From assembly GCA_002746605.1 (NCBI GenBank), contig PDPT01000041.1, forward strand, positions 6,051-70,050: a stretch of DNA of 64,000 nt, written 5' to 3'. Made by a program: the position numbers and the translations under genes. Positions 20,334 through 28,943 of the stretch are shown here, piece after piece. The notes below the pieces were generated by a model that searched no databases, was not told where the DNA came from, and saw only the letters and a program-made list of their open reading frames with translations. Position 1 is the stretch's first letter. The number at the start of each line of letters is the position of its first letter. This DNA is from Ignavibacteriota bacterium. GTDB lineage: Bacteria; Bacteroidota; Ignavibacteria; Ignavibacteriales; Melioribacteraceae.

Positions 20334-20899
20334 TTTGGGTTCCGCTTCTACTAATAATAACTATGAGTTGTAATTTATTAACTACACGGGAAGCTGAAGA
20401 ACCAATAAATGTAAGATCGAGTTACAGACCCGCAACTACGCCCGAACAGCTTTTTCTAAATTTGACTAATTCCTTTTCAGAAAAAAATGAAAAAGATTAC
20501 ATCAGTTGTTTTGTTGATAGTTCGTTCTTAAATGAAAAGTATAAATTTACACCTTCATCAGAGGCATTATTCAATTATAATTTTTTAAGTGATTGGGATT
20601 TAACAAGCGAACAGATTTATTTTAAAAATTTGATTAATACATTTAAGGAAGGTGATAATATTGTAATTACTCTTAATTTAATTTCGAGTAGTATTGAAGG
20701 AAATATTGGTAATCGAAATTATGATTATACAATTAAATTACCTGAGATTAATGAAAATAATGCTGTTACTTATAAAGGTAATTCCTCGTTTACAATAAAT
20801 CTTGATAATAATAATCAGTGGGTAATTACAAGTTGGATTGATATACAAACCGGTAAAACAAATCCGGCATGGAGTGACCTTAAAGGAAGATTTTTTTAA
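20309..20899 (+). CDS. Predicted lipoprotein, unknown function (paralogue 1)
   Basis: 196 aa. Hydrophobic N-terminus ending LIITMSC (relaxed lipobox). C-terminal QWVITSWID motif is shared with the next ORF. Overlaps the methyltransferase stop by 25 nt. Confidence 0.55.
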   Translation: MYYYFSKIIWVPLLLIITMSCNLLTTREAEEPINVRSSYRPATTPEQLFLNLTNSFSEKNEKDYISCFVDSSFLNEKYKFTPSSEALFNYNFLSDWDLTSEQIYFKNLINTFKEGDNIVITLNLISSSIEGNIGNRNYDYTIKLPEINENNAVTYKGNSSFTINLDNNNQWVITSWIDIQTGKTNPAWSDLKGRFF

Positions 20900-21427
20900 T
20901 TGATAAAAAGACATTTAAATAATACTTTGTTGGAGCAAATTATAATAGTTTTTTTTATTACTTTTGTTTCCGGTTGTACAAATCCGTTTGCTCCTAAATT
21001 AGATGAAAGTTTAAGTAGCAAGAAATCTTTGATAAGTGATCAAACTACAATAGAAGGAGTCTTTCAAAATATGCAATATGCTTATACTTTTAAAGATACT
21101 ACACTTTACGGGCAGCTTTTGGATAATGATTTCACTTTTACGTTTAGAGATTATGAAAAAGAAATAGATATTGCCTGGGGAAGAGATGAGGAAATGTTTG
21201 CAACATACGGACTATTTAATAATTCCGAAAGATTAGATTTAGTTTGGAATAATATTGTAACTATTACAAATGACTCAACAAATGTAGTCAGAAGTTTTAA
21301 TTTAACGGTTACTTTTAATACAACTGATGTAGATTATATTGACGGAAAAGTTAATTTACAATTAAGGAAAAATAAATTAACAAAAAAATGGAAAATTGTT
21401 TCCTGGATAGATGAATCAAATTTTTAA
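20900..21427 (+). CDS. Predicted lipoprotein, unknown function (paralogue 2)
   Basis: 175 aa with a TTG start abutting the previous stop. Canonical lipobox FVSGC. C-terminal KWKIVSWID motif and similar beta-rich N/T/D composition. Confidence 0.6.
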   Translation: MIKRHLNNTLLEQIIIVFFITFVSGCTNPFAPKLDESLSSKKSLISDQTTIEGVFQNMQYAYTFKDTTLYGQLLDNDFTFTFRDYEKEIDIAWGRDEEMFATYGLFNNSERLDLVWNNIVTITNDSTNVVRSFNLTVTFNTTDVDYIDGKVNLQLRKNKLTKKWKIVSWIDESNF

Positions 21428-21442
21428 ATAAGAAGAAAAAAA

Positions 21443-22315
21443 ATGTTTTTATACTACATAAAAGAAACTTTCAATTCATTATTGAATTCTAAATTAGGCT
21501 CACTACTAATTATTACAACTACAACAATAGCTTTAATTTTTGTCTCGTTTTCAATCGGGTTAATTTCTTTTTCGGCAAAAATTAATAACAAGCTGAAGGA
21601 AAATATAAAAATAAATCTTTTCGTAAACGATTCAATTACTGGAGATAAGTATAGTCTTATTGAAGAAGAATTAAAAAACAACATTTATATCGAATCCTTT
21701 AAATTTGTAGATAAAGAAAAAGCATTAAAAATAATGCAGGAAAAAACCGGCAAAGATTTTGCTTCGGTTCTGGAAGCAAATCCATTGCCTGCTTCATATT
21801 CCGTAAGATTAGTTCCTGATAGTGTTTCTGCCCAATCAATTGAGCCGATTATAAAAACCTTGGAAAAAGTAATAGGAATAGACGAGGTAGTTTATGACTA
21901 TAATCTTACGCTTAAACTTTTGAATTATACAAATTCATCTAAAAAAATTATTTACTGGTTATCAATCTTTTTGGTTTTTCTATCAATTTATTTGGTCTAT
22001 TCTAATAACAAACTGCTTTTATCATCTCGAATAACTCAATACAATACAATGAAACTCGTAGGTGCAAAATTGCAGGCAATTAAAATACCGATATTCTTAA
22101 ATGGAATTATTATAGGAATCGTTGCTGCTACAATTTGTCTTGCACTTTATCTTGTTTTCTTAAATTTTGTTACAAAGTTTTATAATATTACCTATTTTGA
22201 ATTTAACGAAACTTACTTTTACATCATGCTCTATGCTCTTGGAATTCTCTTAGGATTTTTGGGTAGTTATTTTGCAACATTAAATGTGTCGTTAAAAATC
22301 AATAAAGTTAAGTAG
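21443..22315 (+). CDS. ftsX: FtsX-like ABC-transporter permease (cell division FtsX family)
   Basis: 290 aa. One TM helix, a periplasmic domain of about 110 aa, then three C-terminal TM helices. No ftsE ATPase adjacent. Confidence 0.75.
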   Translation: MFLYYIKETFNSLLNSKLGSLLIITTTTIALIFVSFSIGLISFSAKINNKLKENIKINLFVNDSITGDKYSLIEEELKNNIYIESFKFVDKEKALKIMQEKTGKDFASVLEANPLPASYSVRLVPDSVSAQSIEPIIKTLEKVIGIDEVVYDYNLTLKLLNYTNSSKKIIYWLSIFLVFLSIYLVYSNNKLLLSSRITQYNTMKLVGAKLQAIKIPIFLNGIIIGIVAATICLALYLVFLNFVTKFYNITYFEFNETYFYIMLYALGILLGFLGSYFATLNVSLKINKVK

Positions 22316-22599
22316 AATTGTAGCGTTTCGGTTCTTTGTAATTTACATTTTATATTCTATTCCCGATTAAAAATATGTCGTGTGATAAACAACGAAGTAA
22401 GTGCAAAAGCCCAAAGAATAATTAAAAGGAATATTGAGTTTAGCTTAATAACATAAATCCGGATTATTTAGATTTGGTGCAAAAAATTATGATGCTTTTA
22501 TTTGAAGAGAGATGAGACGTTGTAGTTTTTTTGATAGGCAGAGTAAACTTTGTGAAACTTAAAAAATAGTAAAGAAATATGTTTAAGTTACAAATAGAG

Positions 22600-22686
22600 C
22601 GGAGAGAGTGGGATTCGAACCCACGGTACGGTTGCCCGTACACACGCTTTCCAGGCGTGCCAGTTCAGCCACTCCTGCACCTCTCC
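22600..22686 (-). tRNA. tRNA-Ser (anticodon GGA), class II with long variable arm
   Basis: The reverse complement folds as a cloverleaf. Acceptor GGAGAGG/UCUCUCC with discriminator G. Anticodon stem CACGC/GCGUG with loop CUGGAAA. Variable arm GUACGG-GCAA-CCGUAC. T arm GUGGG-UUCGAAU-CCCAC. CCA is not encoded. Confidence 0.92.
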
Positions 22687-22881
22687 TAAAAAATAGAACT
22701 ACAAATATATAGATAATGAACGGAAATAAAAATATTTTATTTAAATCTTTTCATTCTAAATTTTGCACAAATAATAACTTCATTCATCTGAGTTAGATAA
22801 AAAGCGGACAAGCTTTACAGTTTTAAGTTTTTTTTAGTTAATATTGTAATAACAAAATATTTAATATTCTACTTCTATGAT

Positions 22882-24705
22882 ATGAAAAAAACATTTTTGA
22901 TTATTGTTCTGCTAAACTCACTTTTACTGTCTCAAGCATTTGAGATAAACAAAATTGAGCCTCCCAATTGGTGGGCTAATCATACTTACAACAACATTCA
23001 ATTATTGATTTACGGGAAAAATTTAGATTCGGTTAAAGTTAAATCTTCCGATAGTAATTTTATTATACAAAAAGTTATATATCCTGAGAATAATAATTAT
23101 TTGTTTGTTAATGTAAAACTTAAAACAGGCATTGGAGAAACTAATCCTAAAATTCTTTTTTCAAAAGACGGTTTTACAAAAAAATTAAATTATCAAATAT
23201 TAAAGCGAAAAAATAACTCTGATAATCATAAAGGATTTTCTAACGAAGATGTTGTTTACTTAATTTTCCCCGATAGATTTTGTGATGGAGATACTACAAA
23301 TAATTTCTTTGAAAATGAAAAAGAGGAATTTGAATTTAAAGGTGAGAACGGAAGATTTGGCGGTGATATTCAAGGGATAATCAATAAATTGGATTATCTT
23401 AAAAAACTAGGAGTTACGGCAATTTGGATTACTCCGCTTCTTGAAAATGATATGTACATGAGCTATCACGGTTATGCTGCAACAGATTTCTACAAAGTTG
23501 ATGCGAGGCAAGGAACTAACGAACTTTACAAAAGATTAGTAGAGGAAGCTCATAAAAAAGGAATAAAAGTAATATACGATCATGTAGCAAACCACATTGG
23601 AATAAATCATGAATGGATAGGGAATTTACCAACGAAAACTTGGCTAAACGGTACTACAAAGGATCATTTGCCGGCAAGTCATTATAAAGTAGTTTATGTT
23701 GATATTTATTCCGATTCAAGTAAAATGAAAACTGCAAACGAAGGTTGGTTTGTTGATTACATGCCCGATCTTAACCAAAGAGATACTTTACTTGCAAACT
23801 ATTTAATTCAAAATACAATTTGGTGGATTGAGTTTAGCGGAATAGATGGAATAAGAGAAGATACATATCCTTATGTTAATCCGGATTTTATGTCTAAATG
23901 GGCAAAAACAATTTTAACACATTATCCAAAATTTAATATTGTAGGTGAAGTTTGGAAGGGAGAAGCCGCTTACCTGGCAGCTTATCAAAAAGATTCTAAA
24001 GTTAGAAGTAACTTCAATACAAATTTACCTGCGGTTACTGATTTTGCTATGCGAGATGCAATTGCTTCTTATCTTGCCGGCGAAAATAATTTAAACAGAA
24101 TTTATGAAACTCTAGGAAAGGATTTTCTTTATTCCAACCCAAATAATTTGCTACTGTTTTTTGATAATCATGATACTGATAGAGCTATGTATATCGCTAA
24201 AAATGATTTATTTAAATTTAAAGTAGCTTTAGCATTGGTTTTAACAACCAGAGGAATTCCGCAATTATTTTACGGAACGGAAATAGGATTAAACGGAGGT
24301 GGTCACCATAATAGAATAAGAGAAGCATTCCCCGGTGGGTTTTCCGGAGATAGTTTGAATGCCTTTGCAGAGAAAGATAGAACAACACAACAAAACGAAA
24401 TTTATAACTTTACAAAACAGTTGTTAGCTTTAAGAAATAAATACCGAGTTATGAGAACAGGCAAGTTTGTTCAATATGTTCCCGAAAATGATTTCTATGT
24501 TTATAAAAAGAAACTCGGAGATGAAAAAATAATAGTTGCCATAAACGATAGTGAAGAAAAAAGAAATTTAAATTTTAAGGATTACTTTAAAGAAGGTACT
24601 TATTCCGAAGTAACAGATTTGTTAAACAATAAGAAATGTTCTTTTGAAAAAAATAAAGTTTTAGAGCAAGCCTCTAAAACAATTTCAATATATTTAATCA
24701 GGTAG
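22882..24705 (+). CDS. Secreted GH13 alpha-amylase-family enzyme (cyclomaltodextrinase/neopullulanase-like with N-terminal beta-sandwich domain)
   Basis: 607 aa with a signal peptide. GH13 regions I-IV are all present: IYDHVANH, GIDGIREDT, IVGEVW and FFDNHDTDR. Confidence 0.9.
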   Translation: MKKTFLIIVLLNSLLLSQAFEINKIEPPNWWANHTYNNIQLLIYGKNLDSVKVKSSDSNFIIQKVIYPENNNYLFVNVKLKTGIGETNPKILFSKDGFTKKLNYQILKRKNNSDNHKGFSNEDVVYLIFPDRFCDGDTTNNFFENEKEEFEFKGENGRFGGDIQGIINKLDYLKKLGVTAIWITPLLENDMYMSYHGYAATDFYKVDARQGTNELYKRLVEEAHKKGIKVIYDHVANHIGINHEWIGNLPTKTWLNGTTKDHLPASHYKVVYVDIYSDSSKMKTANEGWFVDYMPDLNQRDTLLANYLIQNTIWWIEFSGIDGIREDTYPYVNPDFMSKWAKTILTHYPKFNIVGEVWKGEAAYLAAYQKDSKVRSNFNTNLPAVTDFAMRDAIASYLAGENNLNRIYETLGKDFLYSNPNNLLLFFDNHDTDRAMYIAKNDLFKFKVALALVLTTRGIPQLFYGTEIGLNGGGHHNRIREAFPGGFSGDSLNAFAEKDRTTQQNEIYNFTKQLLALRNKYRVMRTGKFVQYVPENDFYVYKKKLGDEKIIVAINDSEEKRNLNFKDYFKEGTYSEVTDLLNNKKCSFEKNKVLEQASKTISIYLIR

Positions 24706-24711
24706 AGGAAT

Positions 24712-26163
24712 ATGTTAAAATTTCAAAAAAAATTAACCAACACTTTTTATGCTATCTTGGCTTTACCCGCAACTGCAATGGGTTTTGCTTTATCGGTTCA
24801 AATTTCGGCTTTAAGTTGGATTCTAACAACCAAATATGGATTAGAGATTCATGATGTGGGACTTGTTTGGGCTGCAGGTCCTTTTGCCGGAATTATTGGC
24901 CAAATTCTTTTTGGAATAATCAGCGATAAAGTTTGGTTTTGGAACGGAAGGCGCAGACCCTTTATTTTTATTGGCGGATTTCTTGCAGCTATCATGATGC
25001 TTGCTTTACCAAACTTGGAAATTATTTCCAACGCGCTCGGTCTAGAAGGAATCCTTGGTATAGCAATTGCTGTAGCTCTAAGTTTAGATCTTGCGATAAA
25101 TGTCGGCTTTAATCCAACTCGTTCAATCATTGCTGATGTAACTCCCGAAGGAAATGAACGCACAAAAGGTTATTCGTGGATGCAGACAATTTCCGGAACC
25201 TTTGGAGTGCTTGCTTATGTTATAGGTGCCGTTTGGAATAATTATGTTTTAATCTATGTAGGTGTTATACTTGTTTTTTTACTTTCTGTTTTTCCACCAT
25301 TATTTGTTGAGGAACCTAAAGATTTTTCCTCAGATGAAAACGACAAGCCTGAAAAAGGAAATTCATCATTCCTGGAAATTTTAACTTACATTCAACCTTT
25401 ATGGGGATTTTTGCTATATGCTGTTTACGCAATCGTTGCAAGATTATTAGAATATCATCCTGATAATTATTATGTAGAATTACTTTGTTTGATTGTTACA
25501 ATCAGTTTTATTCTTAAAGCCGTTTTACGGCCTACCGAAAAACTAAGCAAAGCTGAAGATGGGATTGTAAGTTTCAAAAAAGTTTTAGCTGCACATTCAT
25601 TCACTTGGATTGGTATTCAAACAATGTTTGTTTATATGTTTGCTTACGTGCAGTATGAAGTTTACGGACTTGGTGCGGATTCATCAATCAGCGAGAGTAC
25701 GCAAATTGAAATGGGCAGAATAGTTTCAATAAGTTTCTTACTCCTAAATGCAGTTGGAGCAATTTTACCTGTTACAGTTCTTGAACCTCTATCAAGAAAA
25801 ATAGGAAAAGTTAGAACGCATGCAATTTCAATCTTGATTATGGCAATCGGTTACTTAGGAATGGTTCTATTTGGATTTTCTTCAATTGTAATTTACGTTT
25901 TGATGATAATACTCGGTGTTGGTTGGGCAGCAACAATTAGCTTGCCTTTTGCAATAATGTCCCAAAAAGTTGATAAAGCAAAAATGGGTCTGTTTATGGG
26001 CTTGTTTAATCTATCTGTTGTACTGCCTCAATTAGTTGCAAGCTTTGGTGTAGGACAAGCAGTCAGCTCAGCGGAAGATAAAAGCCTTATTTTTATTATA
26101 AGTGCAGTTACGCTTGGTGTTAGTGCAATTTTATGGTTTATGGTAAAAGAAGAAGAAAGATAA
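24712..26163 (+). CDS. MFS/GPH-type sugar:cation symporter (SLC45-like, probable maltose/maltodextrin or sucrose carrier)
   Basis: 483 aa, about 12 TM helices. ISDKVWFWNGRRRPFI loop motif typical of GPH/SLC45 carriers. Lies 6 nt after the amylase gene. Confidence 0.75.
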   Translation: MLKFQKKLTNTFYAILALPATAMGFALSVQISALSWILTTKYGLEIHDVGLVWAAGPFAGIIGQILFGIISDKVWFWNGRRRPFIFIGGFLAAIMMLALPNLEIISNALGLEGILGIAIAVALSLDLAINVGFNPTRSIIADVTPEGNERTKGYSWMQTISGTFGVLAYVIGAVWNNYVLIYVGVILVFLLSVFPPLFVEEPKDFSSDENDKPEKGNSSFLEILTYIQPLWGFLLYAVYAIVARLLEYHPDNYYVELLCLIVTISFILKAVLRPTEKLSKAEDGIVSFKKVLAAHSFTWIGIQTMFVYMFAYVQYEVYGLGADSSISESTQIEMGRIVSISFLLLNAVGAILPVTVLEPLSRKIGKVRTHAISILIMAIGYLGMVLFGFSSIVIYVLMIILGVGWAATISLPFAIMSQKVDKAKMGLFMGLFNLSVVLPQLVASFGVGQAVSSAEDKSLIFIISAVTLGVSAILWFMVKEEER

Positions 26164-26277
26164 ATCATAAATATTTAAATATTGAGTTATTGAAAATAGT
26201 TAGGCATCTTACTGTTGGTTAGATATTGAAGATTGAAAATGCTTATTTTTAATGTTTAAAAAATTTAAGGAGGAAGA

Positions 26278-27192
26278 TTGGAATTTTTAGTAGTTGGGTC
26301 AGTAGGGTTAGATGACGTTGAAACACCTTTCGGTAAAGTGGAAAAAGCACTCGGTGGTGCAGCCACATATATTTCACTCTCTGCAAGTTATTTTGTTAAC
26401 AATGCAAAAATGTGTGCTGTAGTTGGTGAAGACTTTTCTGATACTTACACAAATATGTTAAAGAAACATAATATTAATTTAGACGCTCTCAAAATAGTAA
26501 AAGGGGGTAAAACATTTCGTTGGGGAGGGAAGTACCGTTTTGATTTAAATACTCGTGATACACTCTTTACTGAATTAAATGTATTTGAAAAATTTAATCC
26601 ACAAATTCCTCAAAGCTGTGAGAAAGACAGTTGTATTATCCTTGGAAATATTTTGCCTTCTTTACAGTTAAGCGTAATCAATCAGTTGAAAGGAAATAAT
26701 TTTATTGTTACCGATACAATGAATCTTTGGATTGATACAACAAAAGAGGATTTGCTAAAAGTATTAAAAAAAACTGATGCGTTGATCATAAATGATTCCG
26801 AAGCGAGAATGCTTACTAACGAAGCTAATTTAATCAAAGCTGCAAAGATGATTAGAAAAATGGGACCCGAATATTTAATTATTAAAAAAGGGGAGCACGG
26901 AGCATTACTTTTTACGGAAAATGAAATTTTTTCCGCTCCTGCTTATCCACTCGAAAATTTATTTGATCCAACCGGAGCAGGTGATACTTTCCTTGGTGGT
27001 TTTGCAGGTTACTTACACAAATGCAAAGAGATAAATTTTGAAAATCTTAAGCGTGCGGTAATTTTCGGAAGCTCAATGGCTTCGTTCTGTGTAGAAAAAT
27101 TTAGTACGGAAGGATTGGAAAATCTTAACGAAGAAAAAATTAAAGATAGATTTTTAGAATTCAAAAGCCTTTCGAGTTTTGATTATGAGTGA
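26278..27192 (+). CDS. PfkB-family (ribokinase-like) sugar/nucleoside kinase, substrate unknown
   Basis: 304 aa. TTG start preceded by AGGAGG. N-terminal VVGSVGLDDV. C-terminal DPTGAGDTFLGGFAGYL anion-hole motif. Confidence 0.8.
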   Translation: MEFLVVGSVGLDDVETPFGKVEKALGGAATYISLSASYFVNNAKMCAVVGEDFSDTYTNMLKKHNINLDALKIVKGGKTFRWGGKYRFDLNTRDTLFTELNVFEKFNPQIPQSCEKDSCIILGNILPSLQLSVINQLKGNNFIVTDTMNLWIDTTKEDLLKVLKKTDALIINDSEARMLTNEANLIKAAKMIRKMGPEYLIIKKGEHGALLFTENEIFSAPAYPLENLFDPTGAGDTFLGGFAGYLHKCKEINFENLKRAVIFGSSMASFCVEKFSTEGLENLNEEKIKDRFLEFKSLSSFDYE

Positions 27193-28186
27193 TTTTAAAT
27201 CAATTGAATTTAATGAGGGAAAATTAATTTTAATTGATCAGACAAAACTTCCTCTCGAAGAAAACTATATAGAAACGGACGATTTGGAAAGAATTGCTAA
27301 ATCAATAGAACGATTGGAAGTGCGTGGTGCTCCTGCAATTGGTATAACCGCTGCTTATGGTTTGGCAATTACAGTAAGTAAAAATAATATCAAAACCGAA
27401 GAAGAATTTCAAAAAGTTTATAAAAGACTTGCTAAAACAAGACCGACTGCGGTAAATCTTTTTTGGGCGTTAAGCAGAATGAAAAATTGTTTCTTTGCAA
27501 ATTTATCAGATAATAATTTAAATAAAATTCTAATCCAAGAAGCAATTAAAATTCATAACGAAGATATAGAAATGTGTGATAAAATTGCTCAAAATGGATT
27601 GCAAATTTTTAAGAAAAAATCGAAAGTGCTTACACATTGCAATACGGGAAAGCTTGCAACCGGCGGCGATGGAACAGCATTTAACGTTATTAGTTTTGCC
27701 CATAAAAATAATTTAGTTGAACATGTTTTTGCAGATGAAACACGACCCTTACTCCAAGGTTCTAGATTAACAGCTTTCGAATTGAGCAAAGCAAATATTC
27801 CTTTTTCCATAAATTCCGATTCAACCGCAGCTTATCTTATGCAGAAAGGCAAAGTTGATTTGGTTATAACCGGAGCAGATAGAATTGCCGCAAACGGCGA
27901 TTCGGCAAATAAAATAGGGACGTACAATCTTGCAGTTTTGTGCAATTATCACAAAATCCCATTTTACATTGTTGCACCTACTTCAACAATCGATAGAAAT
28001 TGTAAAACTGGTGATGATATTAAAATTGAGTTCAGAGATAAAAGTGAAATAAACTCAATAAAAAGAATCCAAATAACTAAGGAAGAATATGAGGTAACCG
28101 CTCCGGCTTTTGATGTAACTCCATATAGCTTAATTTCCGGAATTATTACTGAAGAGGCTCTACATTTTTCACCGTACAAGTTTTAG
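27185..28186 (+). CDS. mtnA: MtnA / eIF2B-related family isomerase (S-methyl-5-thioribose-1-phosphate isomerase type)
   Basis: About 333 aa. LEVRGAPAIG, THCNTGKLATGG and TGADRIAANGDSANKIGTY blocks. ATG 27185 (or TTG 27179) overlaps the PfkB stop codon (27190-27192). Confidence 0.85.
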   Translation: MSDFKSIEFNEGKLILIDQTKLPLEENYIETDDLERIAKSIERLEVRGAPAIGITAAYGLAITVSKNNIKTEEEFQKVYKRLAKTRPTAVNLFWALSRMKNCFFANLSDNNLNKILIQEAIKIHNEDIEMCDKIAQNGLQIFKKKSKVLTHCNTGKLATGGDGTAFNVISFAHKNNLVEHVFADETRPLLQGSRLTAFELSKANIPFSINSDSTAAYLMQKGKVDLVITGADRIAANGDSANKIGTYNLAVLCNYHKIPFYIVAPTSTIDRNCKTGDDIKIEFRDKSEINSIKRIQITKEEYEVTAPAFDVTPYSLISGIITEEALHFSPYKF

Positions 28187-28191
28187 TCAAA

Positions 28192-28929
28192 ATGTCAGTG
28201 ATTATCAAGAATGAGGCGGTTGTATTAAAGAAAACTAAGTTTAGTGATTCAAGTCTTATAGTTCAGTTTTATACAAGAGAAAACGGGAAAATATCGGCAA
28301 TAATCAAGGGAGCAAGAAGTTCTAAGTCTAAAATCGGGAGTAAGATTGATACTCTGAATCAAGTTGAGATTGTCTTTTACAAAAAAGAAGGGAAAGATCT
28401 TCAACTTGTAACACAAGTAAATTTAATTGAGCATTTCCCAAAATTAAAAGAAGATTTAGATAAGATAAAATATGCTTCGTCTATTGCTGAGTTACTGTTG
28501 CAATTGTTACCTGAACAAGAAGTAAATGATAAATTGTTTAGAGGAACGGTTAAATTATTTTCACTTCTAAATGCTTCCGAAAAAAATCCTCTTTTGCTTT
28601 TTACACAATATTTAATTTTTTTCACGAAAGAAATCGGTTACGAATTATCTTTTGAGCATTGTTCCAACTGCAGTAACTTAATATCTGATAATTCCGGTAA
28701 CGGTTTTAATTATTCAGATGGAATAATTTGTAAAAATTGTGTCGAAAGTACTTTAACTACATTTCAACTGAGTGAGGAACTTTTTAATTTATTCAAATGT
28801 TTAAGCACCAAAAGAAAGTTAATGATTATTAACAGTCAACATTTGGAGAATATTATTTTTATTCTTGAAAAATTTTTAATTTATCACAACCCCGATTTTA
28901 AAGGTTTAAAATCACTAAAATATTTATAA
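28192..28929 (+). CDS. recO: DNA repair protein RecO
   Basis: 245 aa. OB-fold N-terminus (EAVVLKKTKFSDSSLIVQFYTRENGKISAIIKGARS). CxxC...CxxC zinc motif (CSNCSN...CKNC). Confidence 0.8.
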   Translation: MSVIIKNEAVVLKKTKFSDSSLIVQFYTRENGKISAIIKGARSSKSKIGSKIDTLNQVEIVFYKKEGKDLQLVTQVNLIEHFPKLKEDLDKIKYASSIAELLLQLLPEQEVNDKLFRGTVKLFSLLNASEKNPLLLFTQYLIFFTKEIGYELSFEHCSNCSNLISDNSGNGFNYSDGIICKNCVESTLTTFQLSEELFNLFKCLSTKRKLMIINSQHLENIIFILEKFLIYHNPDFKGLKSLKYL

Positions 28930-28943
28930 TAAAGGAAGGTACA

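Noticed and set aside
22316-22881. 566-nt region holding only the tRNA-Ser gene; considered as a genomic-island attachment site or ncRNA locus.
   Set aside because: No integrase, no direct repeat of the tRNA 3' end and no compositional break are visible. The flanking genes (ftsX, amylase) are ordinary. Only very short ORFs (16 aa or less) are present.
27185-27192. The identical 8-nt overlap ATGAGTGA occurs at two unrelated gene junctions: PfkB/mtnA here and sigma-54 regulator/HIT at 53075-53082.
   Set aside because: This is just a Met-Ser start overlapping a Glu-stop, a common overlap type, and the flanking sequences are unrelated. It was used only as evidence for translational coupling.
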